From: Longimicrobiales bacterium | Lineage (GTDB): Bacteria > Gemmatimonadota > Gemmatimonadetes > Longimicrobiales > Gaopeijiaceae | Assembly: GCA_965204735.1 (NCBI GenBank) | Contig: OZ242008.1 | Location: forward strand, 3,776,001-3,840,000 | Direction of reading: 5' to 3' | Length of the DNA: 64,000 bases | In this document: in pieces, positions 29,709-38,845 of the stretch | How positions within the stretch are numbered: the first letter of the stretch is position 1 | Layout of the letters: each line of letters starts with the position of its first letter | Notes under the pieces: generated by a model | What the model was told of the DNA's origin: nothing | What the model saw: only the letters and a program-made list of their open reading frames with translations | The model's database searches: none | Position numbers and translations under genes: made by a program

Positions 29709-32195
29709 ATGTTCCAAGCAAGTCGTCGTCCCCTCCGTCGGCTGTTGCCGCTCGCGGGCGCCCTCTGCATCTCCGTCGCCCCGGGCGTGGACGGCCAGAG
29801 CGCTCCCCGCGCCAACCCGACGCTCTCGGCCACGGTCGCGCTCCGCTCGGCGACGTCGCTTCCGGCCCTTCTCCCCGCTCCCGTTGGGCTCTCGGCCTTT
29901 GGCGCCAGCGTCGCCGTGGTCGACGGCGAAGTCTTCGTGGGCAGGCCCGGCGACGTGGCCCTCTTCCCCATGCCGGCCAACCGCCCGGGCGGGGTTCACG
30001 TCTTCGGCAAGGACGGCGACTCGTGGTCCGAGACGGCCGCCGTCGGTCCGGCCGGAGACGACGTTGGCACGGGCTACGGCGAGAGCATGGACATTGCCGG
30101 CGAAGTGATGGTCGTCGGCGCGCCTCGGGAAGGACCGGGCGCCGTCTACGTCTACCGAAGGACCGGCGGAGAGTGGGTCAGCGAGCAGCGTCTGACGCCG
30201 GACGCCGCGGAGGCGGGCGCGCGCTTCGGCGCGGCGGTGGCCACGAACGGCGACGAGATCGTGGTGGGCGCCCCCGGCGCTTCCGACCACGGCGGAGCCT
30301 TCTTCTACGAGCTGGGCGCGTCCGGGTGGGAGGAGTCGTCGTCGTGGTTCTCGGCGGGCGAAGGGGGCAGCGCCTTCGGCGCCGCGCTGGACATGGAGGG
30401 AGAGACGGCCGCCATCGGCGCGCCGGGCGCCGACCCCTCGCTGCTGCCCGGCGGCGGTCCTCCCAGCTTCGTCCCGGGCTACGTGCAGGTCATGAGGAAG
30501 GAGGGCGGCAGCTGGAGCGTCGCCGGGCGTTTGGCGAACGCGCCGGGGGGGCTGGGCCGCGCCGTCGCCGTCTCCGACGGGACGGTGTTTGCGGGCGCCC
30601 CGTGGGCCGAAAGGGGCACGGGCGCGGTCTACCACTTCGTCGAGGCCGAGGGCGAGTGGACGGCGGCGCACACGATCCAGCCCGAGATGCCCGGGCCCGG
30701 GTCGGGCTTCGGCATGGCGCTGGACGCCGACGGGGGCGACTTGGTGGTGGGCGCCCCGCTGGCCGGGGGAGTCGGCGCCGGCTTCGCCTTTCGTCGCAAC
30801 GAGACGGGGGATTGGGACCAGGTGGCGGCGTTCGGGCCGGGCGGCCCCTTCAGCTTCTACGGCATGGCGGTGGCCGTGGGCGGAGACGTGGCGGTGGCGG
30901 GCGCGCCGGGCGCGGACCTGCTCGAGGGCATGGGGTTCATCTTCCTTCGCAGCGCGGACGGCTGGGAGCCCGACGGGTCCTTAGTCGACGAGACCGAAGG
31001 GCCGGCGCCGATCACCGGAGGCGAACGGGAGTGCGAAGAGGGCTCGGTCGCGGGCTTCTCCTGCAGCGAGGTGGACTTGGTGGCCTACCTGCCGGTCGAC
31101 GCGATGGGCGGCGGCCGGGGCGTCATCGCCAACGACCTCTGGGGCTGGACGGATTCCGACACCGGGCGCGAGTACGTCATCTTGGGCCGGAACGACGGGA
31201 CGGCCTTCGTAGACATCTCGGACCCGGCAAACCCGGTGTTCCTGGGCGACCTGCCCCTGACCGAGGGCGCCGTCTCCAACATGTGGCGCGACGTGAAGGT
31301 GTTCGCCGACCACGCCTTCATCGTGGCGGACAACGCCGGCCCGCACGGCATGCAGGTGTTCGACCTCACCCGGTTGCGGGACGTCTCGTCGCCGCCCGTC
31401 GCATTCGACGCCGACGCCCACTACGACGGCATCGCCTCCGCCCACAACATCGTCCTCAACGAGGGAACCGGCTTCGCCTACGCGGTCGGCGCCTCCGGGG
31501 GCGGCGAGACCTGCGGCGGCGGCCTCCACATGATCGACGTGCGCGACCCCACGAACCCGACCTTCGCCGGCTGCTTCTCGGACCCGGAGACGGGCCACTC
31601 GGGCACGGGGTACAGCCACGACGCCCAGTGCATCCGCTACCACGGCCCGGACCCGGACTATCAGGACCGGGAAATCTGCCTGGGCGCCAACGAGAACGCC
31701 CTCTCGATCGCGGACGTCACCGACAAGGAGGCGACCGTCGTGCTGGCCTCCGCTTCCTACCCCAACACGGCGTACCTGCACCAGGGGTGGGTCACGGACG
31801 ACCACCGCTACTTCTTCATGAACGACGAGCTGGACGAGCTGTCGGGGAACGTCTCCAGGACGCGGACCCTCGTCTGGGACATCTCGGACTTGGAAGAGCC
31901 CGTGCTGGTGAAGGAGCACTTCGGAGTCACGGGCTCCTCGGACCACAACCTCTACGTCCGCGGCGACTTCATGTACCAAGCCAACTACGTCAGCGGACTG
32001 CGGATCCTCGACATCTCCAACCCCGAGGAGCCCGAGGAAGTCGGGTTCTTCGACACGGTGCCCGCAGGCGACGACGTCCCCGGGTTCGCGGGGGCTTGGA
32101 GCGTCTACCCGTACTTCGAGAGCGGCGTGATCGTCGTGTCGAGCATCCGGGAGGGACTCTTCGTGCTGCGAAAGAAGCCCCCTCCGGTCTCCTAA
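29709..32195 (+). CDS. choice-of-anchor B family protein with FG-GAP repeats (tandem paralogue)
   Basis: Same motifs as the upstream gene; start region duplicated (ATG at 29688 and 29709). Confidence 0.9.
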   Translation: MFQASRRPLRRLLPLAGALCISVAPGVDGQSAPRANPTLSATVALRSATSLPALLPAPVGLSAFGASVAVVDGEVFVGRPGDVALFPMPANRPGGVHVFGKDGDSWSETAAVGPAGDDVGTGYGESMDIAGEVMVVGAPREGPGAVYVYRRTGGEWVSEQRLTPDAAEAGARFGAAVATNGDEIVVGAPGASDHGGAFFYELGASGWEESSSWFSAGEGGSAFGAALDMEGETAAIGAPGADPSLLPGGGPPSFVPGYVQVMRKEGGSWSVAGRLANAPGGLGRAVAVSDGTVFAGAPWAERGTGAVYHFVEAEGEWTAAHTIQPEMPGPGSGFGMALDADGGDLVVGAPLAGGVGAGFAFRRNETGDWDQVAAFGPGGPFSFYGMAVAVGGDVAVAGAPGADLLEGMGFIFLRSADGWEPDGSLVDETEGPAPITGGERECEEGSVAGFSCSEVDLVAYLPVDAMGGGRGVIANDLWGWTDSDTGREYVILGRNDGTAFVDISDPANPVFLGDLPLTEGAVSNMWRDVKVFADHAFIVADNAGPHGMQVFDLTRLRDVSSPPVAFDADAHYDGIASAHNIVLNEGTGFAYAVGASGGGETCGGGLHMIDVRDPTNPTFAGCFSDPETGHSGTGYSHDAQCIRYHGPDPDYQDREICLGANENALSIADVTDKEATVVLASASYPNTAYLHQGWVTDDHRYFFMNDELDELSGNVSRTRTLVWDISDLEEPVLVKEHFGVTGSSDHNLYVRGDFMYQANYVSGLRILDISNPEEPEEVGFFDTVPAGDDVPGFAGAWSVYPYFESGVIVVSSIREGLFVLRKKPPPVS

Positions 32196-32292
32196 GCGCT
32201 GCGGATGCGCCCGCGACCGCGCGACCGGCGGGAAGGCCGAGTGCGGGCTGACCCGTCGGCAGGAGCTGCGGGGTCGGCAGGACCTGCGGGGG

Positions 32293-33159
32293 CTACGTCG
32301 GCAGGACTTGGGGCGCGTCGCCCTCTTGGAACCGCTGGGACACGACGCCGACCGGCCACTGGTAGACGCGGGAGATGTTTGCGCCGGTGATCACATCGGC
32401 GGAAGCGCCTTCCGCTGCCGTTGCGCCCTCCGCCAGGAGCAGGTGGCGGTCCCCGAAGCGCGCGGCGAGGTTCAGGTTGTGGGTCACGACCACGACCGCC
32501 GCGCCTTCGTCCGTCGCCAGCTCGCGCAGGAGCCGGAAGATCGACATCTCGTAGCGCATGTCCAGCGCTGCCGTGGGCTCGTCCAGCAAGAGGACCCGGG
32601 GCTCCTGCGCCAGCGCTCGGGCGATCCGGACGCGTTGCCTTTCGCCCCCGGAGAGGGTGCGGAAGTCCCGGTCCTCCAACCCAGCCACGCCGCACCGCTC
32701 CATCGCCTCGGCCACCGCCGCCCGGTCCGGCGCGCGCGCTCTTCGCCACGGGCCTAGATGGGGGTAGCGGCCCATCGCCGCCAAGCTGCCGGCCGTGACG
32801 GGAAAGGGAACGTGCTCCTGCTGGGCGACCACCGCCAGCCGCTGGGCGAGGAGCCGTCGCGGCCATTCGTCTAGGGGGCGCCCGCCGTACTCCGCCGTTC
32901 CGGATCGGGGTCGGACGCCCCCGGCCAGCAGGCGCAGCAGCGTGGACTTCCCGGAGCCGTTGGGGCCCAGGATCGTGGACACGAAGCCGGGCTCGGCCCG
33001 CAGGGAGACGTTTCGCACCGCATCGCGCGCAGCGCCTCGGTAGCGGTGGCAGAGCGAGATGCCTTCCAGGGCCGCCCCGGAATCGCCCCCAAGAGGGGGG
33101 CCGCCGTCCGTCCGCCTTCGCCGCGAGCCGCGGCCGGTTTCGCCGCGCCCGCCCGTCAC
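32293..33159 (-). CDS. iron-chelate/cobalamin ABC transporter ATP-binding protein
   Basis: GPNGSGKST, LSGGERQR, LLLDEPT; GTGA overlap with the permease stop. Confidence 0.9.
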   Translation of the reverse strand: MTGGRGETGRGSRRRRTDGGPPLGGDSGAALEGISLCHRYRGAARDAVRNVSLRAEPGFVSTILGPNGSGKSTLLRLLAGGVRPRSGTAEYGGRPLDEWPRRLLAQRLAVVAQQEHVPFPVTAGSLAAMGRYPHLGPWRRARAPDRAAVAEAMERCGVAGLEDRDFRTLSGGERQRVRIARALAQEPRVLLLDEPTAALDMRYEMSIFRLLRELATDEGAAVVVVTHNLNLAARFGDRHLLLAEGATAAEGASADVITGANISRVYQWPVGVVSQRFQEGDAPQVLPT

Positions 33160-34139
33160 TTCCCGCTCCGCACCAGCAGGACGGCGAAGAGCGGCACCCC
33201 GATCAGCGCCGTGACCACTCCCGTGGGCAGCTCCTGGGGCGCCGCCACCGTCCGCGCCGCCGTGTCGGCGAGCACGAGAAAGGCGGCGCCCCCCAGAAAG
33301 GATGCCGGAACGAGGACCCGGTGGGCGCCGCCCCACGCCATCCGCAGCGCATGGGGCACGATCAGTCCCACGAAGCCGATGATCCCCACCATGGACACCG
33401 TCGCGGCGACGGCCAGCGACGCCGCCAAGTAGCCGACCTGCTTGACCCGTTCCACCGGCACCCCCAGATAGGTCGCCGTCTCCTCGCCGGCGGCAAAGAG
33501 GTCCAAGGGGCGCGCCAACGCCCAAGCCGCGATCAGGCAAGGCGCCAGGAAGACCGCCAGCGCGCCGACCTCCACCGGTCCCGCCCGCGACAAGCTGCCC
33601 ATCATCCAGAAGACGGCGGAGCGGAAGGACTGGGCGTCGGCGGCAGTGAGCATCAGCAGGATCACCGCGTTGAAGAACGCCCCGGCGATCACCCCCGCCA
33701 GGAGGAGAACCCGGGAGTCGAGGGTCGGCCCGGCGGCCGTCGCCAGGCGCAGAACAAGGACGATCGCGAGCAGCGCTCCGGCCAGGGCGCCCGTCGCGAC
33801 GCCCCAGTGGGAAGACGCGAAGCCCGCGAGCATGGTGGCGACCGCACCCAGCGCTGCGCCGCCGGACACGCCCAGGATGTACGGGTCCGCCAAGGGGTTG
33901 CGGAGGAGCGCCTGGAAGACCGCTCCCGCGACCGCCAGCGCGCCCCCCGCCAGCAGCGCCAGCAGGACTCGGGGCAACCGCACGTCGAGGATCACGGTGC
34001 GCTGGCGCTCGTCCCCGCCGCCGAGCAGCACGTCCAGCGCTTCTGCCGAGCCCATCGGGGCGGCCCCCGTTGCGAGCCCCACGAAGGCGGCGCCGACCAG
34101 CAGCCCCGCCAGCAGCAGGAAGATCCGGGCGCGGCTCAT
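33156..34139 (-). CDS. FecCD/BtuC-family ABC permease
   Basis: RLPRVLLA, RNPLADPYILGVSGGA, IGFVGLIVPH. Confidence 0.92.
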   Translation of the reverse strand: MSRARIFLLLAGLLVGAAFVGLATGAAPMGSAEALDVLLGGGDERQRTVILDVRLPRVLLALLAGGALAVAGAVFQALLRNPLADPYILGVSGGAALGAVATMLAGFASSHWGVATGALAGALLAIVLVLRLATAAGPTLDSRVLLLAGVIAGAFFNAVILLMLTAADAQSFRSAVFWMMGSLSRAGPVEVGALAVFLAPCLIAAWALARPLDLFAAGEETATYLGVPVERVKQVGYLAASLAVAATVSMVGIIGFVGLIVPHALRMAWGGAHRVLVPASFLGGAAFLVLADTAARTVAAPQELPTGVVTALIGVPLFAVLLVRSGK

Positions 34140-35122
34140 CCGCCAGGCGGCCCGCCGCGCGCGTTCAGCCGCTCGGCCAAGTACGCCGCCGCCATCCCCA
34201 TGCGAGGTCCGGGACGTCCGAACAGCGAGGCGTCCACCGAGATCACGCGGCCCGCGGCCACCGCCGGCACGGCCCGCCAGCCGGGAGCCGCCGCCAGCGC
34301 GCTCGCCGACGGGTCGGGCGTCCCAGGCGCAACGGGACTCCCGGAGCGATCCAGCACGCTGGGCTCGACGCGCGGCGTGCCGTACTCCTGCACTGGCACG
34401 ATCACGTACTCGGGATCCCGCCACACCACCTGCTCCATGCTCACCTGGGGCCACGCGCTGCGAACGTCGCGGAAGACGTTGGCGGCGCCCGCCGCCGCGA
34501 GGATCGAGTCCACGAACGTCCCCGGCCCCACCGTGGTCGGCGGGTCCTGCTGGACCACGTACACGACCGGCACTGGGTCGCGGCCCGTCCACGAATCGGC
34601 GGCTGCGCGCAGATCCGCCGCCACGACCGCCAAGATCGAGTCCGCGGCCCGCTCCATCCGGAGGAGCCGGCCCAGGTTTGCCGTCAACCGCTGGAAGTCG
34701 CCCACGGAGTGCACCAGGGCGCCGTACCAAGGCACGCCCAGGGCGTCCAAGCGCTCGCCCACCGATGCCCCATGTCCGCGTGCCGGCCAAAGGACCACCA
34801 ACTCCGGCGCGAGCTCCACCAGCGCCTCGATGCTGGGGTTCAAGGGGTCGCCCAAGGAGGGAAGGGAGGCGAGTTCGGGCTGGACGTCGTACCGGGTGCG
34901 CGCGATCAGGCGGTCGCCGGCGCCGATCTCGACCAGCGTCTCCGTCGCCGATGGCACGAGGGACACGATCCGCGACCGAGGCCTCGCGACGTCGTGGAGG
35001 CGGCCCAAGTCGTCGGCGACGGCATCGACGGCGCCTTCGTCGACCCCGCCGGGAGCGCATCCCGTGCCCAGAGAGCCCAGGAAGACGCCGGCCGCCGCCA
35101 GCGACGCCGCGCCACGCCTCAC
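34136..35122 (-). CDS. BtuF/periplasmic helical-backbone binding lipoprotein
   Basis: Lipobox LGTGC; RIVSLVPSATE; RPGPR; GTGA overlap with the feoB stop. Confidence 0.88.
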   Translation of the reverse strand: MRRGAASLAAAGVFLGSLGTGCAPGGVDEGAVDAVADDLGRLHDVARPRSRIVSLVPSATETLVEIGAGDRLIARTRYDVQPELASLPSLGDPLNPSIEALVELAPELVVLWPARGHGASVGERLDALGVPWYGALVHSVGDFQRLTANLGRLLRMERAADSILAVVAADLRAAADSWTGRDPVPVVYVVQQDPPTTVGPGTFVDSILAAAGAANVFRDVRSAWPQVSMEQVVWRDPEYVIVPVQEYGTPRVEPSVLDRSGSPVAPGTPDPSASALAAAPGWRAVPAVAAGRVISVDASLFGRPGPRMGMAAAYLAERLNARGGPPGG

Positions 35123-37026
35123 AACAGCGCGTGCGCCGCCCACGCGCCGATGCAGCCCAGGGTCAGCATGTAGCAGAACTGGAGCACGGGCCATCGCCAG
35201 CCTCCGGTCTCCCGACGCATCACGGCCACCGTGGACATGCACTGCAAGGCGAAGACGAAGAACACGAGGAGCGCGACGGCCGATCCCAAGTCCAGGTCAC
35301 GGCGCAGCGAGTCCTGAAGCTCGATCGTCGTCTCGTCCACGTCCTCCACGCCGTAGATCGTGCCCAAGGTGCCCACGATCACTTCCCGCGCCGCCAGCGA
35401 CGTGATCAGCCCGATCCCGATCCGCCAGTCGAAGCCGAGGGGCGCGACGGCGGGCTCGATCGCCTGTCCGATCCGGCCGAGGGCGCTGTCCTCGATCGTC
35501 GGAGGCTCGCCGGCGGGCGTCCGAGGGACCTGGGTCAGGCCCCAGAGCACGATCGTCGTTGCCAGGATGATCTTCCCGGCGCGCCGGAGGAAGACCTTGG
35601 TGCGGCCCACGAGGCGGGCGGCGATCGAGCGAACGGTGGGCCAGCGGTAGGGCGGCAGCTCCATCACGAACGGGGCCGAGGCGCCTCGCAGCAGCGTGCC
35701 CTTCAGCAGCGCCGCCGTCCCCACCGCGGCCGCGAGTCCCAGGGCGTAGAGCCCCAGCATGACCGCGGCTCGTCGGCCGAGAAAGGGTCCCAGAAGCGGC
35801 CCCTGGGGGATGAACGCGGCGATGAGAAGGGCGTACACCGGCAGGCGGGCCGAGCAGGTCATGAAGGGGGCGACGAAGATGGTGGCGATTCGATCCCGTT
35901 CGCTCTCCACCGTGCGCGCCGACATGATCGCCGGAACCGCGCAGGCGTAGGCCGAGAGAAGCGGAAGGAACGATGCGCCCTGGAGACCCGCCCCGTGCAT
36001 CATGCGGTCGGCGATGACGGCGGCCCGGGCCATGTAGCCCGAGTCCTCCATCACCGCGATGAAGAAGAAGAGGATCAGGATCTGCGGCAGGAACACCACC
36101 ACGGAGCCCACGCCGGCCCAGACCCCATCGACCAGCAGCGAGCGGAACCATCGATCGGGGAGCGCGGCCGCCAAGTACTCGCCCGAACCGGCGACCAGCG
36201 CCTCCACGCCGTCCATCAGAGGAACCGCTCCCGCGAAGATCGACTGGAAGACCACGACCACCACGGCCAGGAACGCCAACGGCCCCCAGCCGCGGTGGAG
36301 GAGCACGGCGTCGAGTCGGCGGGTGAGGCGCGACGGTCGAGGCGGCTCGAAGCCTGCGGACCGGCCCAGCTCCCGGGCCCGCCGTCGCCGGGCGGCGAAG
36401 AGGTCCACCACCGGCAGGCGCCGGCCTTGGCCGCTCGCGTCGGGAGACGCTCCCGCGAACTCGCCGATCGGGCACGACCGCGCGTCCTCGCCCCCGACGC
36501 GCAGCTCCTCCATGAAGCGGCGGACGGGCTCCAGCTGCGAGTCGTCCCGGGCATCCACCAGCGTCGCCGCCACGCCCAGCTCGCGGGAGAGCGCCGACGC
36601 GGTGAGGGCGCCGTCTCGCCGACCGAGCTCGTCGGCCATCGTGAGGACGACCAGCGTGGGGAGACCCAGGTCCAGGACCGGCTCCGCGACCATCAGGTGG
36701 GACTCGAGGCGGGTGGCGTCCAGGACGAGGACTACCGCGTCGGGGGCTTGGCCTTCGTCCAGCTTCCCCAGGAGCACGTCCCGGGTCACCATCTGATCCA
36801 GGCTGCGGGGCGACAGCCCGTGAACCCCGGGCAAGTCGGTGACCTCGACGGGTCCAGCCGGCAAGGAGGCGACGCCCGTTTTTCTCTCGACGGTGACGCC
36901 GGGGTAGTTGGCGACCCGCTGGCGAAGTCCGGTCAGGCAGTTGAAGAGCGTGGACTTCCCCGAGTTCGGAGGCCCCACCAGGGCCACCCGCGGGAGGTCG
37001 TTCCTCGGAGCGCCCTCCTCGCTCAA
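35119..37026 (-). CDS. feoB: ferrous iron transporter FeoB
   Basis: GPPNSGKS, NYPGVTVE, DLPG, EDSGYMAR, CSARLPVY. Confidence 0.95.
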   Translation of the reverse strand: MSEEGAPRNDLPRVALVGPPNSGKSTLFNCLTGLRQRVANYPGVTVERKTGVASLPAGPVEVTDLPGVHGLSPRSLDQMVTRDVLLGKLDEGQAPDAVVLVLDATRLESHLMVAEPVLDLGLPTLVVLTMADELGRRDGALTASALSRELGVAATLVDARDDSQLEPVRRFMEELRVGGEDARSCPIGEFAGASPDASGQGRRLPVVDLFAARRRRARELGRSAGFEPPRPSRLTRRLDAVLLHRGWGPLAFLAVVVVVFQSIFAGAVPLMDGVEALVAGSGEYLAAALPDRWFRSLLVDGVWAGVGSVVVFLPQILILFFFIAVMEDSGYMARAAVIADRMMHGAGLQGASFLPLLSAYACAVPAIMSARTVESERDRIATIFVAPFMTCSARLPVYALLIAAFIPQGPLLGPFLGRRAAVMLGLYALGLAAAVGTAALLKGTLLRGASAPFVMELPPYRWPTVRSIAARLVGRTKVFLRRAGKIILATTIVLWGLTQVPRTPAGEPPTIEDSALGRIGQAIEPAVAPLGFDWRIGIGLITSLAAREVIVGTLGTIYGVEDVDETTIELQDSLRRDLDLGSAVALLVFFVFALQCMSTVAVMRRETGGWRWPVLQFCYMLTLGCIGAWAAHALL

Positions 37027-37317
37027 TTGGCGTCTAGGACTCCCGCCGCCTCCAGAGCGCTGCACACGCAGAGACAGGACGCCGTTTCTTTGCGAAGGGC
37101 GACAAGCGCTCCGTCCACCAAGTAGATCGTGGGGCTCCCTGCCGGCGCATGGCGGACGGGGCAGAGCTTGCAGCCGGGGACGATTCCTCGCTCCAGCAGC
37201 GGCTCCAGGTCGTCGCCGGCCATGTCGATGCGCACCAGGACGACTTCTTCCTCGAACGGCACGTCGGCCAGCATTCGTTCCGCGCCCTTGGGGGCCGGTT
37301 GGCTTCTGCTCGTCATG
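37023..37317 (-). CDS. feoA: FeoA domain protein
   Basis: LLERGIVPG...APAGSP...VALRK; directly upstream of feoB; start uncertain. Confidence 0.85.
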
Positions 37318-37377
37318 GGGTTCGGCTCCGCGTCCGCCCGCAAGGCGATTTGGGACGCTTCCATGCGTCGTTGGGCC

Positions 37378-37403
37378 AATTGAGATTGAGATTGATTCTC
37401 AAC
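37378..37403. promoter_or_regulatory. Fur-box-like operator
   Basis: AT-rich AATTGAGATTGAGATTGATTCTCAAC containing a 7-1-7 near-palindrome (TGAGATT-G-ATTCTCA) upstream of feoA. Confidence 0.75.
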
Positions 37404-37688
37404 TAGCCTTCGCGACAGTAGAGTAAGGAACCCTCGCGAGAAAGGGAAGCCCTGAGCGACGGCGACTTGTCGTGGGCGCGCGCCGAGTCCGGGGTCGCCG
37501 GCCGCCGCATCGCGCTCGCGCGGACCGCCAGGGAGCGCTTGCCCGGTGCGCTCGCAGGAAATGGACCCCGTCGTCGTCGTTGAACGCGAGTGCGCCTCAA
37601 TGGCTCGGCAGTGCGTGCTCCTACCGGTGGACCGTCGCCGGCGGCTGGCCCGAGGCGGTCGCGGCCGCCGCCGGCGGGTCCGGGTTGG

Positions 37689-37898
37689 TCAGCCCAGCCT
37701 GACGACGTTCTCCGCGGCGGGTCCCTTGGCGCCGGCCACCACGTCGAACTCCACGCGCTCGCCTTCGGCCAGGCTCCTGAAGCCCTGTCCCTGAATCGCG
37801 GAGTAGTGGACGAAGCAGTCTTCCCCGTTGTCGGCCCGCGAAATGAATCCGAAGCCCTTCTGGTCGTTGAACCACTTGACGGTTCCTTCGGTGCGCAC
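37689..37898 (-). CDS. cold-shock protein
   Basis: [31 protein letters not shown]. Confidence 0.95.
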   Translation of the reverse strand: MRTEGTVKWFNDQKGFGFISRADNGEDCFVHYSAIQGQGFRSLAEGERVEFDVVAGAKGPAAENVVRLG

Positions 37899-38162
37899 TT
37901 GCCGTTCTCCTTGTTCCGTTGCTGAAAGGTCCGCCGGTCCCTCGGTGGCCCGGTCGGCGTCGGCGACCGGGCCGGCGGAGCGTCCCATTCGCCAACAAAA
38001 ACGACGGGCGCCCCCGGTTCCGGCTCGCGCGGGGCCCGTCTCGTGTAGTGCGGTGTTGGCTGCTGAGTGCTGCTCCTGTCGGTGCGACGGAAAGCTCGCA
38101 CGGAATCCCGCTCGGGTCAATGGGGCGGCGCCGGTCAGGTCAATGGGGCGGCCCCGGACGTG

Positions 38163-38747
38163 TCAGCGGGGGCGGCCCCGGAAGACGGGCGGGACTCTGG
38201 GGGCGAGGAGCGGCCGACTCGGGAACTCGCTTCTCCACGTGTGCAGGGAGCCCCGCAGCTCCGGCCAGCTGGCTCCGACGTTGCACAGCAGGGAGGGTTG
38301 GTTGCTCCGGCAGGGCGGCGCGCGGACCACCAGCGTGTCCGACGCGAAGTCCCCCGCCGGAGTGCGCCCGGCAACCACCAGCCGGAAGTCGTAAGCTCGA
38401 GGAACGTTGCCCCACAGTCTTGCGGTGTCGGGCGACTGGAAGCGCTTGCGGCCAGCCTGGCGCACGACCTTGGGGCGCCAGAACGGATTGCCCGTGACCG
38501 CTTCCAGCTCCCAAGTCAGCACCAAGTCCTGACGCACCGCGGGAACGGCGCTGACCCGAATCCAGAGGCGCTGGACTTCCACGTCCAGGGTGTCGATGGC
38601 CAGCACGAGTCCAACTCGCTCGGCTTCCGCTCTCCCAACCGCCGTCGGGGGGCCGGCGTCGCAGGCGGAAGCCGTGGCCAAGCCGAAGGAGAGGAGGAAG
38701 AAGCGGCGCAGGATCTTCGGCAGTTCCGGCGTCCTGGGTCCGTGCAT
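38163..38747 (-). CDS. hypothetical lipoprotein
   Basis: GAGGAGG RBS; signal peptide ending ASAC; promoter upstream. Confidence 0.6.
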   Translation of the reverse strand: MHGPRTPELPKILRRFFLLSFGLATASACDAGPPTAVGRAEAERVGLVLAIDTLDVEVQRLWIRVSAVPAVRQDLVLTWELEAVTGNPFWRPKVVRQAGRKRFQSPDTARLWGNVPRAYDFRLVVAGRTPAGDFASDTLVVRAPPCRSNQPSLLCNVGASWPELRGSLHTWRSEFPSRPLLAPRVPPVFRGRPR

Positions 38748-38802
38748 GGCGTCCTCCTCTGTCTGGACCACTGCCCCGTGGTCCGTTGGTCCGTTCCCCT
38801 CC

Positions 38803-38831
38803 AGTATGGTTTAGGTGATCCTAAAACGCAA
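38803..38831 (-). promoter_or_regulatory. sigma70-like promoter with a palindromic operator in the spacer
   Basis: Minus strand TTGCGT-N17-CATACT; spacer holds TTTAGG-TGAT-CCTAAA (38810-38825). Confidence 0.6.
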
Positions 38832-38845
38832 CAGTTTTGTATTCG

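Noticed and set aside
37404..37688. Cobalamin or other riboswitch upstream of the feo/btu-like operon
   Set aside because: No B12-box or other recognisable aptamer motif seen by eye
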